NCBI RefSeq assembly: GCF_006345805.1
Contig: NC_043001.1
Span: 11,284,001-11,348,000, forward strand
Direction: 5' to 3'
Length of the DNA stretch: 64,000 nt
Source of the DNA: Octopus sinensis
Taxonomy: Eukaryota
Shown one piece after another: positions 11,690 through 27,099 of this stretch. The notes under the pieces are model-generated. The model made no database searches. It saw nothing but the letters and a program-made list of their open reading frames with translations, and had not been told where the DNA came from. Positions within the stretch are counted from its first letter, which is position 1; each line of letters begins with the position of its first letter. Position numbers and translations under genes: made by a program.

Positions 11690-12590
11690 ATATACGATTC
11701 TCCACTTGATTGTGTGTAGTGTGGAATCGGGTTTTAAGCTCCATACGTGGCTAGCCAACTTAGTGGCTCTACTTTTGTCGATTTGTCAGAAAAAAAGAGT
11801 ATAACGCTATTCAAAATCGCCTTCAAATAAACCGATTTAATAATTCATTTTGAAGCGGTGCTGAGACTTCACCCTCATATACAACAGCGTTTATCATGTA
11901 TGTTTGGTCAAGTGGGCAAGCTTCAGTATCTCGACAGTTACAACTTGGAGTGGGCTCTTGGTGATATTTACGTGTGATAATGTTCCTTATGATGGGGCAG
12001 CAACCGTATGATATTTTAATCGAGCGTCTGTTAAAAATCTTCCTGTATTTGTGATTCACTGGAAAATGCTTGTCTAACAGACACAGGAATTTGTTTCCCA
12101 CGCCAGGGAAAAAGAGTGGGAGACACCAAATTATTTTCCTAGGTCGAATGTTAGGTCTATTTTTATGATTCATATTTTTAATTTAAGAGTCGTAATATAT
12201 CTTATGTTTGAAGCTGTTGTTAGCAAGGGCATTGTTAAAGAAGGGTGATGCCTTATCACATATTTCTTTAGAACAGATTTGATATCCTATTTCTAATATC
12301 AGCTATCAAGTTTTTAAACACTATAGGGGATGACAGGACTCTTTGTGTATGCAGCTGATTTTATCGTTTAGCTTATAAGAACGGGAGCTTAGATCTAGGA
12401 AAACATATAAAATAATCGACTTTTGACAAATTAATAGTGACGGTGATTTCGAAGCCTAATTGACTAATTGATACCTTTAGAGGACACCTGTCTCTCCAGA
12501 TTGAGCAGTTGTCTCGGAGATTTTTGACCATACTCCGTTGAATTATTCTATAAGCTTTACGGTCAAAAGAGACATAATAATTCTAATTTT
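11690..12590 (-). mobile_element. Degenerate Penelope-like element (Neptune-type): RT thumb, Cys linker and GIY-YIG
   Basis: ORF 11823..12173 (LLDKHFPVNHKYRKIFNRRSIKISY, CNCRDTEACPL, AVVYEGEV) is homologous to the 32336 ORF. Flanks give SCHPP..FNNAL upstream and TKLASHVWSLK..IKWRI downstream. Confidence 0.8.
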
Positions 12591-12817
12591 CTCTTTCCTT
12601 TCATCTTTTTGCATTTCTTTCACCCTTCCACTTTCTGCATCTATTTTCTCGCTTATTTCTCTTGTTCAAGCGTCCTGATTTGTAAATTGAACAGACCATG
12701 TGCTCAGAGCTCGAAGATTGCATGGAAGCACAAAGCGTGTTTTAAAAACCTGCCTTCACTCGTGTCACGAATACATAGAACTATCAGTAGCTCGTATCTT
12801 TATACTGTGTACATTAA

Positions 12818-15805
<2,988 letters not shown>

Positions 15806-15829
15806 TATCTATCTATCTATCTATCTATT

Positions 15830-15895
<66 letters not shown>

Positions 15896-16697
15896 AAGTG
15901 TGAGAGATAGAAAGAAGGAAGTAGAAAGCGGAAGAAAGCGAATGCCCGAAAATAAAGAAAGCAGAGAGATAATAGAGAGAGTTCTTTTGGTTGGTTTAAA
16001 AGGCGAAGAAGTGAATGTGACGCTTAGCCATAACTGAACTTTTCCAAATGAGGAAAAGATATAATATAGAAGAACTGTGGACTCATCTATATATAAACTT
16101 TTAATAGCACTTGTCACATTTTATATAGAATGCAAACCTACAAGCTGCGCAAATGAATTTCGACCGACATTGGTAACCAAAATTATAATGAATAATAAAG
16201 AAGTTTCTAATCAAATCGCCCCTTGCAAGAAATTAGATTATTCTATTAAACTTATAAGTAAAATATAATAATACACGCAACAAATTGCAAAGGAGACTCA
16301 CTCAAGCTTTATATAAAACTACTCTGTGTATATAAACTTATATCTTTTAACTTTGCTTTCTTTAGTCATTGGACCGCGGTCATGGTGGCGCGCCGCCTTG
16401 CGTGTATATAATATTACTTGTGTCAACTAAAATATTTATAGTCTTTATAACAGAACTTTGTATTCATTGAAGGTACTAAAAGAAATTGTATATGCATCGA
16501 AACCTCCTACTGGTGCGTAAAGTTATATAAAGCACATCAACTATGGATGAATTGTCACAATGGCGGACAAGACCATACAGCAAAAATTAGCAATGTTGAA
16601 CCCTGGAAAACTTGAAAGAACGAAATGGGAATTTGTTCAAAGAAAACATGTTAATTAGCTTGTTTATTTGATGATGTAGTACCTTTTTTTTGGGGGG

Positions 16698-17020
16698 GGG
16701 GGAGTGAGGGCTTAGTGGTTAGGGCATTCGGCTCATGATCGTAAGGTTGTGAGTTCGATTCCCGGCGACGCGTTGTGTCCTTGAGCAAGACACTTTATTT
16801 CACGTTGCTCCAGTCCACTCAGCTGGCAAAAATGAGTTGTACTTGTATTTCAAAGGGTCAGCCTTGTCACTCTCTGTGTCACGCTGATTATCCCCGAGAA
16901 CTACGTTAAGGGTACACGTGTCTGTGGAATGCTCAGCCATTTGCACGTTAATTTCACGAGCAAGCTGTTCCGTTGATCGTATCAGCTGGGACCCTCGTCG
17001 TCGTAACCGGCGGAGTCTTT
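16698..17020 (+). mobile_element. CORE-like tRNA SINE (family E)
   Basis: GGCTTAGTGGTTAGGGCATTCGG...GAGTTCGATTCCC...CCTTGAGCAAGACACTTTATTTCAC. Confidence 0.8.
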
Positions 17021-17186
17021 AACCTTTTTTGATGTGTGGATTTCGAGCTAATTGGTTAGCGGTCATTAACCTTAATCGCTTGTGGTTGGCTGAAATCGAA
17101 CCAGGAATACAAGATTTAAACAACCGGAATTGCAACTGGTATTAAGCTCTGAGAAGAACTGTCAGTGAGCTAGTTCTTAGAAGAAT

Positions 17187-17579
17187 ACTAGCAGTATCGG
17201 CCGGCGTTGCTCGGGTTTGTTTCGACCCTTTAGAATTGGAATTTTTGAAAAGTAAAACTTTTGCATTATGTAGCTTGTTATTCGCTTTAAGTGAACATTT
17301 TTCTGGTTGAAATACACCGAAAAATGGTGACACAGCAGTAAAAAAATTGTAAAAAATAGGGATTTTCATAGAAAAAAAAGCACATTTTTTATGTAAATAA
17401 TTTTTGGTGTTAACAGGGTCCGATTTGAATTTTTTCTTCTACGGAAGGAAGAGCAAGCCTTCTTCTATCATACTTTTAATTTTGGTCAACTTGGGCTGCA
17501 GGGTCTCGGAGGAGATAGTGTTAGTTGAAGGCTACCAAACCTGCTATACACAGACAACTTCAGCTTTTTATATATAGAT
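17187..17579 (+). mobile_element. Helentron/HINE-like non-autonomous element
   Basis: 5' ACTAGCAGTATCGGCCGGCGTTGCTCGGG; 3' CAGACAACTTCAGCTTTTTATATATAGAT. Confidence 0.7.
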
Positions 17580-18124
17580 TTATTTGCACATTGACGGTAG
17601 AAATAGCTTTTAGGGCTGCAGAAAAATTTTCTCCCAACAAACGCAGGGCTTACCATTTACAAGACTCGAAATGTACTTTGCTTTATAAAATCCCAGCATC
17701 CAGATTAAGCAGAAGATGGCTTCTGTGACAATTAGGTGTAGTGGTTTAACTGTTGCTGATTGGCTCAAATTTGTTGCAATGCGAAACAGGATTGAGAATC
17801 TTGTATACTTCGGCAGCTGGCGAACTACAGGATTAAGCAACTAAGCAACAATAAATAATAGTCTAATTATGACGACGATACTGATGTTTCTAAGACATTG
17901 TAACACATTCAGATATGCTCTCTCTTTTTCTCTTTCTCTCTCTCTCTCTGATGTACAATTAATATGTTTGCTTAAAACGTAGCTACCCCTTACAGCTCTT
18001 GTCTACGTAGGAGTATAAGTAGGCGGAGGTGTAATGTTTATACTGTAAACACTGGATCTTAGCGTAGGTTTGTAGAATCTTAGCGGTGATGGTGATACTG
18101 GTAATGACAACAACAATAACAATC

Positions 18125-18325
18125 CTTTCTACTACAGGCACAGGGCCTGACATTTTGGGGGAGGGGACCAGTCGATTACATCGACCGCAGTGTTTCACTG
18201 GTACTTAATTTATCGACCCCGAAAGGAGGAAAGAAAAAAAGTCGATCTCGGCGGAACTTGAATTCAGAACCTAGCGGCAGACGAAATACCGCCCGGCTTG
18301 CTAACAATTCTGCCAGCTCGCCCTC
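18125..18325 (-). mobile_element. SINE family B (variant tail)
   Basis: Reverse complement of the family B core; tail AGGCACAGGGCCTGACATTTTGGGGGAGGGG as at 2832. Confidence 0.7.
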
Positions 18326-18404
18326 TTAAATAATAATAATAAAAGTAACAACAACAACAACAACAACGATGATGATGATGATGATGATGATGATGATAAT
18401 AATA

Positions 18405-18448
<44 letters not shown>

Positions 18449-18450
18449 GT

Positions 18451-18635
18451 AAAAATCTCGAGAAATACATGGAACAAATAGGGGCTGCAATAAGGGTGGA
18501 GTACTTGCAGAAAACAGCACTGCTTGGAACTGCTCGAATACTCTGGAAGGTGCTCGAAAAATAAGAGGTGTTACCATAGTTCACTGGTAATGAACAGCTG
18601 ACACCGTTGTATATCTCCAGCGTTAGAAGCTGTGC
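18451..18635 (+). mobile_element. R4/Dong-type LINE extreme 3' fragment within (TAA)n
   Basis: LEKYMEQIGAAIRVEYLQKTALLGTARILWKVLEK* matches the R4/Dong C-terminus; (TAA)n on both sides. Confidence 0.75.
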
Positions 18636-18655
18636 AATAATAATAATAATAATAA

Positions 18656-18723
<68 letters not shown>

Positions 18724-18725
<2 letters not shown>

Positions 18726-19281
18726 GCCCTGATGCAGTACCAGGCAGTGGCTCTCATGGCTTCTGATCTTAACTGATTGGAAGTGTTATCATGTACATTG
18801 TTTTGTCTTGGTATAAAAGATGGGTTTTACAGCAAATATTCTGCTCAATACCACAGGTTTGCTTGTCAGTTGTTTGACCTTAATCAGTTGAGCATGTCCC
18901 TTAGTGGCTGACGATATGTGCATCTCTGATCACGAGCAGAAGTAGTGGGGGAGCATCATAGCCATGTGTTGAGAGGGATTCTTTGGGGTTTGAATAGTTC
19001 ACCTCTGGAAACATGGGTGGTTCTTTCAACATCCTTAAACAACCCTTATTCAGGGACCGTTTGAGCGGGATGGGTTACTCGACCTGAAGAAAATTCTAAC
19101 TGGGCCCCACCCGCAAGGTCATGTGCTGTTTATCTTGATATGAAATCACCATGTCGCGCACATATGGTTGTGATGCATGTGCCTGGTGTACCTTTATCAG
19201 ACAGGTAGTCATGATGGGTATATTGGGCTTCGTATATTTTACCCCAGTGTCACTTTGATGGCATGAACTGCTCTCTCACTC
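18724..19281 (+). mobile_element. Non-coding ~560-bp element flanked by (TAA)n
   Basis: Complex sequence without a long ORF, bounded by TAA arrays; orientation assumed from its neighbours. Confidence 0.5.
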
Positions 19282-19300
19282 AATAATAATAATAATAATG

Positions 19301-19349
<49 letters not shown>

Positions 19350-19357
19350 TAATAATA

Positions 19358-19401
<44 letters not shown>

Positions 19402-19416
19402 TAATAATAATAATAA

Positions 19417-22400
19417 AGTTTGCTGCTGGAACAAACTCTCAAAAAGACGATCTACCAGGTGACCAGAACCAGAATACTTCTAACTCTGGACTTGTAGTGA
19501 CACCACCAAAAACACCACCTAAAGCAAAACGTATAAAATGGACCAGAGAGGACTATAGAAATGTGTTGAAAGCTTTTTATACAGCCCAACTAAACCCAAA
19601 CAATAACCTCAGTGTACAAACATACATCTCATGGAGAAATTCAGTAGGCAATGACGTACGTAGATATATAGACGCAAATAAATTAAGTAATGTACGCAGA
19701 GATATAATAAAAACAAAAGACTAACTGACGCTGAAATTGACAAAATTAGGACACTAATAGCTCATGGTAGACCAAAAGAAAACAGCAACAATGTAGACGA
19801 AATAGGTAACAGTAGCACAGAAGCCAGTGTACAAGCGGCAAATCAACTTCCCAATGGGGAAGTTAAACAAAGAATAGCGAAGACGAGAGATTTGAAAAAA
19901 GAGGAGAACGTAGACCTTCCTCAAGAAAACCAAAATAGATATGACATAGAATTTGAGGTGAATAATAGAGAAAAGATTATGGAAGCAAAAGTGGACATTA
20001 TGAGAGAACTCGGCAAGATTGAGCTCACTGACATGGTTAATAGAGAACCACTACCAAAGTTTTCAAATGGCACAAGAAATAACAACACAATCATGACATA
20101 TAACGTTGCCCTAGGACAGATCTTAAGAAATAAGGGGAATGATTTGACAACCTTAAATAATCTCATTTATTCCACTGCTAAAGTAGTAACTACCCAACTA
20201 GGTATTAAGATGACAAGGAAAAAGGCCAGGCATGTCAATGAACCTCCTAAGTGGAAAGTAGCGATACAAAAAGAGATTGAATCTCTGCGGGCGGATGTTT
20301 CAGAACCCAGAGCAAATACCTGCTTGGCTGACTGAAGGAACCACCTACCTATTACCTAAAACCGAAGACACAAAAAACCCAAAGAATTACCGGCCAATAA
20401 CATGTCTCAACACCACCTACAAAATCCTCACATCCATAATAACGGAGAGAATGTACGCTTTCCTTGATCAAAATTCTATCCTTCCACAAGCTCAAAAAGG
20501 TTGTAAAAGAAACTCTTATGGGTGCAAAGACCAATTGCTCATAAACAGAATGATTGTAGAGAATTGCCGGAGCAAAAACAAAAACCTGAGTATGGCATGG
20601 ATAGACTACAGGAAAGCGTATGACAGTGTCCCCATAAATGGATACTCAAGGCCCTTGAGATATACAAGATCTCTCCTGTCGTCTCAAAATTCTTAGAGAA
20701 TAGCATGACCATGTGGAACACACGTCTCTTTCTAAGCCATAGTAATGGGATGAGCCAGTCCAACAGCATCAACATCAAACGAGGCATCTTTCAAGGTGAC
20801 TCCCTCTCTCCATTACTTTTTTGCATGGCACTGATCCCACTCTCAAACGAATTGGATAGTACCAAATATGGGTACAAAGTTTTTAGTAAGTTAATAAACC
20901 ACCTTTTCTATATGGACGACCTAAAGCTGTTTGCCAGGAATGACCAAGAGCTAGAAGGGCTGCTAACAACTGTTAAAGAGTTTAGCAATGATATCGGAAT
21001 GGATTTTGGCCTTGATAAGTGTGCTAAAGCAACTTTTGTAAGAGGCAAGATCAGGCAAACAGCTTCTGTTAAATTAGATATTGACACTACCATCAAGGAA
21101 CTTGACCCACAGGAAAGTTACAAATACCTAGGAATCAACGAAGGAGATGGTATACATCATGCTACTATGAAGGAAAAAATAAGAAAGGAATACTATAGGA
21201 GAATAAGGCTTGTACTGAAGACTGAACTCAACTCCAAAAATTGCATTGAGGCCATTAACACCCTGGCACTTCCAGTAGTCCAGTACAGTTTTAATATCAT
21301 TAACTGGAACCTTACGGAACTCCAACGCTTGGACAGGAAGACAAGAAAGTTACTGACATCCAAGAGCATGCACCACCCTAAGGCAGATATAGACCGCTTG
21401 TACCTACCTAGAAGCAGCGGGGGGAGAGGAATGATGCAATTAGAGCTGTGCTATAAGACCTCTACTGTAGGAACGAACAGGTACCTATCTAGTACAAAGG
21501 ACTGGATGCTGCGACTTGTGTGTGAACACGAAAGCAGCAAAAAGCTGCATTCTATTGTCAAGGAAGCTTATAAGTTCGAAAGGGAACTAGACATTAACCT
21601 TGAATCAGATGAAGAGCCGGAAACCACTGCTACCAAGCAAGCAAAGCGAATCAAGCAGACTGCAAAAAAGAACGGGCAGAATCAAATTGAGAGGCGGTGG
21701 AGCCAGAAGCCCCTGCATGGACAATATATTCTCCGAAGCCAAAATGCTGATGTAGACCAAGCAACAACCCATCAGTGGCTGAAGAGCTCTGGATTGAAAG
21801 CAGAGACTGAAGGTTTCATAATGGCAGCACAAGATCAAAGCTTGTTTACCAGAAATTACCAGGCTAACGTTCTCCGAAACGGTACTGACCCTAAATGCAG
21901 ATTCTGCGACACATTTGACGAAACGATAGACCATCTCGTTTCGGGATGTCCTGTGCTGACACCAAACGAATACAAAAATCGCCACGATAGGGTAGGACAG
22001 TATATACATTGGAAGATATGTAAACACTACAAATCCGACACTCCTGCTAACTGGTATGAACACCATCCTCAGCCAGTTGTTGAAGGTAAAGATGTCACCA
22101 TCCTCTGGGATTTTCCAGTCACACTGACAGAACGATCAAGGCTAATCGACCAGACATAATTGTTAAAGACAGGGAAGAAAATACCTGCAGACTAATAGAA
22201 GTAAGCGTCCCCACTGATAAAAATGTATCTGTCAAGGAATTTGACAAACTTAGTAAATATAAGGACCTGGAAATCGAAATACAGAGGATGTGGAATCTTA
22301 AAACAAAAACTGTTCCTGTTATTGTAGGTGCCCTAGGTATGATAAAAAGGGATGTCAGAAACACCTAGACAATATCCCTGGAAAACCATGTCTCAAGGAA

Positions 22401-22610
22401 ATCCAAAAGATTGTGCTAACAAGTACTGCCCACATCCTTAGAAAAACCCTATCAATGTAAATGTTTGTGTTGTATTACATGGAGATTTATCTCTACTTCC
22501 CCTCCCCAAGCTTTCAGCTATATTTCAACAACTCTTAACCTTCACTTGCCCTAGGGCGCTGGGTGTGCCCCGGCAGGTGATTGCATCAAACATGCAGAGT
22601 AAAAGTAAAT
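19417..22610 (+). mobile_element. Near full-length R4/Dong-clade LINE (RT, CCHC finger, restriction-like endonuclease), disrupted
   Basis: RIKWTRED N-terminus; NYRPITCL, DYRKAYDSV, GIFQGDSLSP, YMDD, CRFC..TIDHLVSGC, RHDRV, ILWDF, RPDII..E..K. Stops, frameshifts and an internal deletion near 20295. Flanked by (TAA)n. Confidence 0.92.
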
Positions 22611-22617
22611 GACAATG

Positions 22618-22666
<49 letters not shown>

Positions 22667-22668
22667 TG

Positions 22669-22771
<103 letters not shown>

Positions 22772-22789
22772 GGTTGAAAAATTTTGCAC

Positions 22790-23215
22790 AAGACCAGCGA
22801 TTTAAGGGGAGAATAGGTCGTTGACAACTGGTATTTATTTTATCGGCCCCTTAAAGTTTGAAATGAAAAGCTGACATCGGTGGAATGGGAACTCAGAATG
22901 AAATGAAATGAACTGTAACAAATGAAACAAAGACACTTTTTCCGGCGCTCTAACGATTTTGCCAACCTATTTTATGATTTCGGTACATGGCATATAATTA
23001 GGAAAGGCATTCGATTCACTCATGCGGTCTTTCGTTGTTGTGTGTTTTATTAATCTCTGAGGAATGAAAGGCAAAGTTGAATACACTGGGTTTTTGTGCT
23101 AAGAAAGTAAAAATCGAGTAGAAATACTGCCAAACATTTTGTCCGACTCTGTCCAAGTGGTGCTCCGGACAAAATGTTTGGCAGTATTTCTACTCGATTT
23201 TTACAATGGAAGAAC
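22790..23215 (-). mobile_element. Two degenerate SINE-B-like remnants, the second containing a perfect 39-bp inverted repeat
   Basis: Residual ATGAAAGGCAAAG / AACTGGTATTTATTTTATCG motifs. Confidence 0.5.
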
Positions 23216-23219
23216 CCGA

Positions 23220-23472
23220 TCGTGATATTAGCGTGCAAGTGGCTGAGCACTCCGCAGACATGCGTAGACTTAACGTAGTTCTCAAAGAGATTTTGCGTGA
23301 CATAGAATGTGACAAGGCCGGCCTTTTGAAATACAGGTACAACTCATTTTTGCTGGCTGAGAGGACTGGAGCAACGTGAAATAAAGTGTCTTGTTCAAGG
23401 CCACAATGCACCACCAGGAATCGAACTCATGACCTTACGATCATGAACCGAATAATCTAACCACTAAGCCGC
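23220..23472 (-). mobile_element. CORE-like SINE (family E)
   Basis: Reverse-complement homolog of 16698-17020. Confidence 0.8.
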
Positions 23473-24340
23473 TTGCCTTCACCACGACACTGTAGTGATA
23501 ACACTGATGGTATCTGTACTGCAGAATGTACTGAGTAGTTTATAGCAAATAAGACGTATCCTACACGGGCAGAATCACCAGAGAGCTCCACATCTGTACC
23601 AGAGGACACAGGCACACCTATTGAATTGCGCAGGACTTTACTATAATTATCATAACCATAGAACGCAACATAGGCAATCTTAGTATAAAGATGGCTATAT
23701 TCATTAAACAGAAAAGAACATCACGAGATACACTGATTACCATAAAAACAACTATCTCCTTATGTCTATTCGTTCCCGCACATCCAAGCAAAGAAAACAA
23801 TTCTATAACGTCTCCATATCTCTATGTATTCCGATGAAGCTGTTCTAACCCCGAAATATTGAAGAAACACACTATTAAGTATTGTTCGGTTTTCACTTCT
23901 GATATTCATCCATTCTGTATTGTTTTTTGGCCTTTTAACAATCTTATAATATGGTTTAATATCATACAATGCATCAACCAAACAACTCTTTCTAAATACA
24001 CATGTATACACATTCGCACATATACACACACACATATATGTGTGTGTGTATATGTAAGTATTTATGCGTGTATAAAAGAAGCAGAGCATTTAAATTTAAG
24101 TAAATGCATCCTCAAGTTTTTGTTTCTTTCCCGAATCTACTCTCTTTTAATTACTCTTCTCTGTCATTTCCATTACTTTACCGGGGAGGGTTTAGTTTTG
24201 TTTGTTTCGCCTGAACTGCTTCTAAAAAACCTTTCTTTCGCTAACTGTTTTCTTTAGCTATTAAATCTGTCTGCAATACAAAGACTTTGCGCAGTTTGAG
24301 GTATATATACATATACATACATACATATATCCATACATAC

Positions 24341-24445
<105 letters not shown>

Positions 24446-25474
24446 CATATATGTATATATATTGTATATATTTCTACATATACGTATATGTGTATATACT
24501 TACACATATCTATACTTCTTGTTGATTCCCACTAATTCAATTATACATACACACGCACACGCACACACACACACATATATATATGCATATATGCGAAACC
24601 ATGCATGCATATATGCATATATGTATTTGTATTTATATATGTATATATATACATATATATGTATATGTACTTATATATATGTGCATATATGTATATATGT
24701 ATATAAATATATGTACACACAGATACATACAAATTTATAAGTATTTTTTATATATATATATATATATGCAGCGATCGAGAGAGGAAGACAGAAAGGTGGA
24801 AAGATAGCAATGTGTTAGTGAGATATCTGGTAGTATAAAAGAAAACTACTATTTGAACATTTAAACACCATTGTGGAGTTTACTTTGACAAACGAACACA
24901 CGCTACTGTTATTCTTCTCTCTCTTACCCTCTCTCACTCTCTCACACACATTCACACATATACACAACACAAGCATGCGCATAAATACACACGCACACAC
25001 ATAATTAGTAAAAAGAAAAAAATCAGAGAAAAAGAAATACCTTATGAAGAGAAGGAAATACAGAATGGTAATAAAAAAAATATAACGACACAAAAACAAA
25101 TGGAAATGTTAAAGAAACTAAATATATAATGGAAGCAACATTTTTTTTCCCCTTTTCAAAAGAATTTTTTTGTGTTTCATCAATAAGGAAACATAGGCAT
25201 TTCTTATTAAACGCCTACTGACGTGAAGAATGTTGAATGGCATGGCTAGTATGATGAGTACGTCTCAGCTGGTTGACTTGACGTTCTTTGTCACTTCTCA
25301 ACTTCGTAACTGAATCTACTGTGATATTGTTACTTGCTGCCCATTGTAATTATTATTCTCATTTTCCAGGAGACTGTATTTTATTGCGTGCTTTCATTAC
25401 ACAACCCAATGCAGCTCCGTATGCCTTAGGTCCCTTGGTTTGTTTAGTATTCCTTTGATACATATATATATATA

Positions 25475-25871
25475 ACTAGCAGTATCGCCCGGCGTTGCTC
25501 GGGTTTGTAAGGGAAATAACTATACAGCATTTTTAGAGAGTTATAGCCAAAAAATAGCAAACAAATGCATTAAAAATGGAAAAAATATGATGGTAATTTT
25601 TTTTAAAAATCGTTGACTCATCGTAGACATTTTTAGAGAGTTACTTCCCTTTAAAAAAAATATGCATGAAAATGGAAAAAAATGATGGTAAATTATTTTT
25701 AAAATCGTAGACTCATCGTAGATGCGCGCTAATACCCAGAAGGGCTCGATATGAATCACGGCTATAAGATACCCGGTTTTGGTTAAACTGCACCGCAAAA
25801 TGTGGGAGTAGTTAGGAATCTAAATCGAAGGGGACAGACACTCACACAACTACAGTTTTATATATATAGAT
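25475..25871 (+). mobile_element. Helentron/HINE-like element with internal duplications
   Basis: ACTAGCAGTATCGCCCGGCGTTGCTCGGG ... CAGACACTCACACAACTACAGTTTTATATATATAGAT. Confidence 0.7.
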
Positions 25872-26841
25872 ACCCTGTTATTTGTATTTGTGTACCATTT
25901 CTCCGTTTTCATTTCCGTCCTTGTTTTCGTATACATTCGCTGCTCTCTTCCAAGGAATCTAGTACTCTTAGCTTAGTTTTTCCTTGGCCAGATTGGAGCA
26001 GTCTCGAGTATAACCAGACGAAATTCCAAAGATAATCTGGAACTCGACCGAGGAAAGAAAACTCCGAATGACCCGTCCTTGTTTTCTTAGTATCGTCTGT
26101 CTGGATGGTTTGTTGTCCCTTTTTGTATCACCAAACTGTCTGGATGTTCTTGTCCAATTTTGATATTTTTTATATATAAAAATACAGCGGCGTACATACA
26201 CATTGGTCTCTTCTATATATATATATAATAATAAGAGTAAATAATTTCTATAGAAATTATTTACTCTTATTATTATATTACTAATTGGATTTTTCACTCC
26301 CTTACGACAACCCATAGTTCTTACCCCTATGGAACTATCTTTGTAATGCGCATGGCAAAATTTTGGAGGGAAGATTTACGAATTCAACTGTCTATTTAGG
26401 TTTAGCCTATGCTCGCTTTCTTCAACTATTTTGATGTCGCATGATCAGAAAGTTCGAGGTACGTAGCATTTGATAAATCTATTTCAATGGAAAGCTGCGC
26501 TGAAGACGGATGTGAAATATATTTGCAATATATAGGAAATATATATTAAAAATATATATGAAATATATATTAAAAATATATATGAAATATATATTCAATA
26601 TATTTATAATCCAGAAACATGATGTTCGCAGATAACCGCTAGACTCTGTTTTCGTTATCTATTCCTTCTGTTTTGCATATGTGAACTACAGGTTATGTCT
26701 TATGTGGAGCCCCACTTGTAGAAAATAGAAATAAACAGTCTTGACTGCTATTTCTAATTTTTTGGTATGCGGCCAAGCAACCTGTTGCCTGTCCCTTTTA
26801 CATATATACAATATATATATATATACATACACACAACACAC

Positions 26842-26896
<55 letters not shown>

Positions 26897-27099
26897 TGTA
26901 TGTACATATATACATATATATATATAGAGAGAGGGTACTCTATATAATATAAATAAATATTTTCAAAGCGGAAAAATTTACAGATTTTTTCTCTTACGAG
27001 GTTTTTCACGCTAACTACCGATAATTTCTTATAAAGATTTTATCCTTAATTTTAAATATATATATATATTTATATATATATATATAAAGATAGATAGAT

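Larger units (their letters stand above)
16030..17850 (+). pseudogene. Possible decayed coding tract split by SINE and Helentron insertions
   Basis: Several co-oriented, stop-poor segments (e.g. FRANWLAVINLNRLWLAEIEPGIQDL, KMASVTIRCSGLTVADWLKFVAMRNRIENLVYFGSW); no family recognised. Confidence 0.25.

Noticed and set aside
23836-23872. HHR-like CCGATGA..CCCC-GAAA-TATT
   Set aside because: Helices I and II are largely mismatched
26494-26535. HHR-like CTGAAGA-C-GGATGT..ATATTT-GCAA-TATATA
   Set aside because: GAAA is changed to GCAA and helix I does not pair; at best a dead relic
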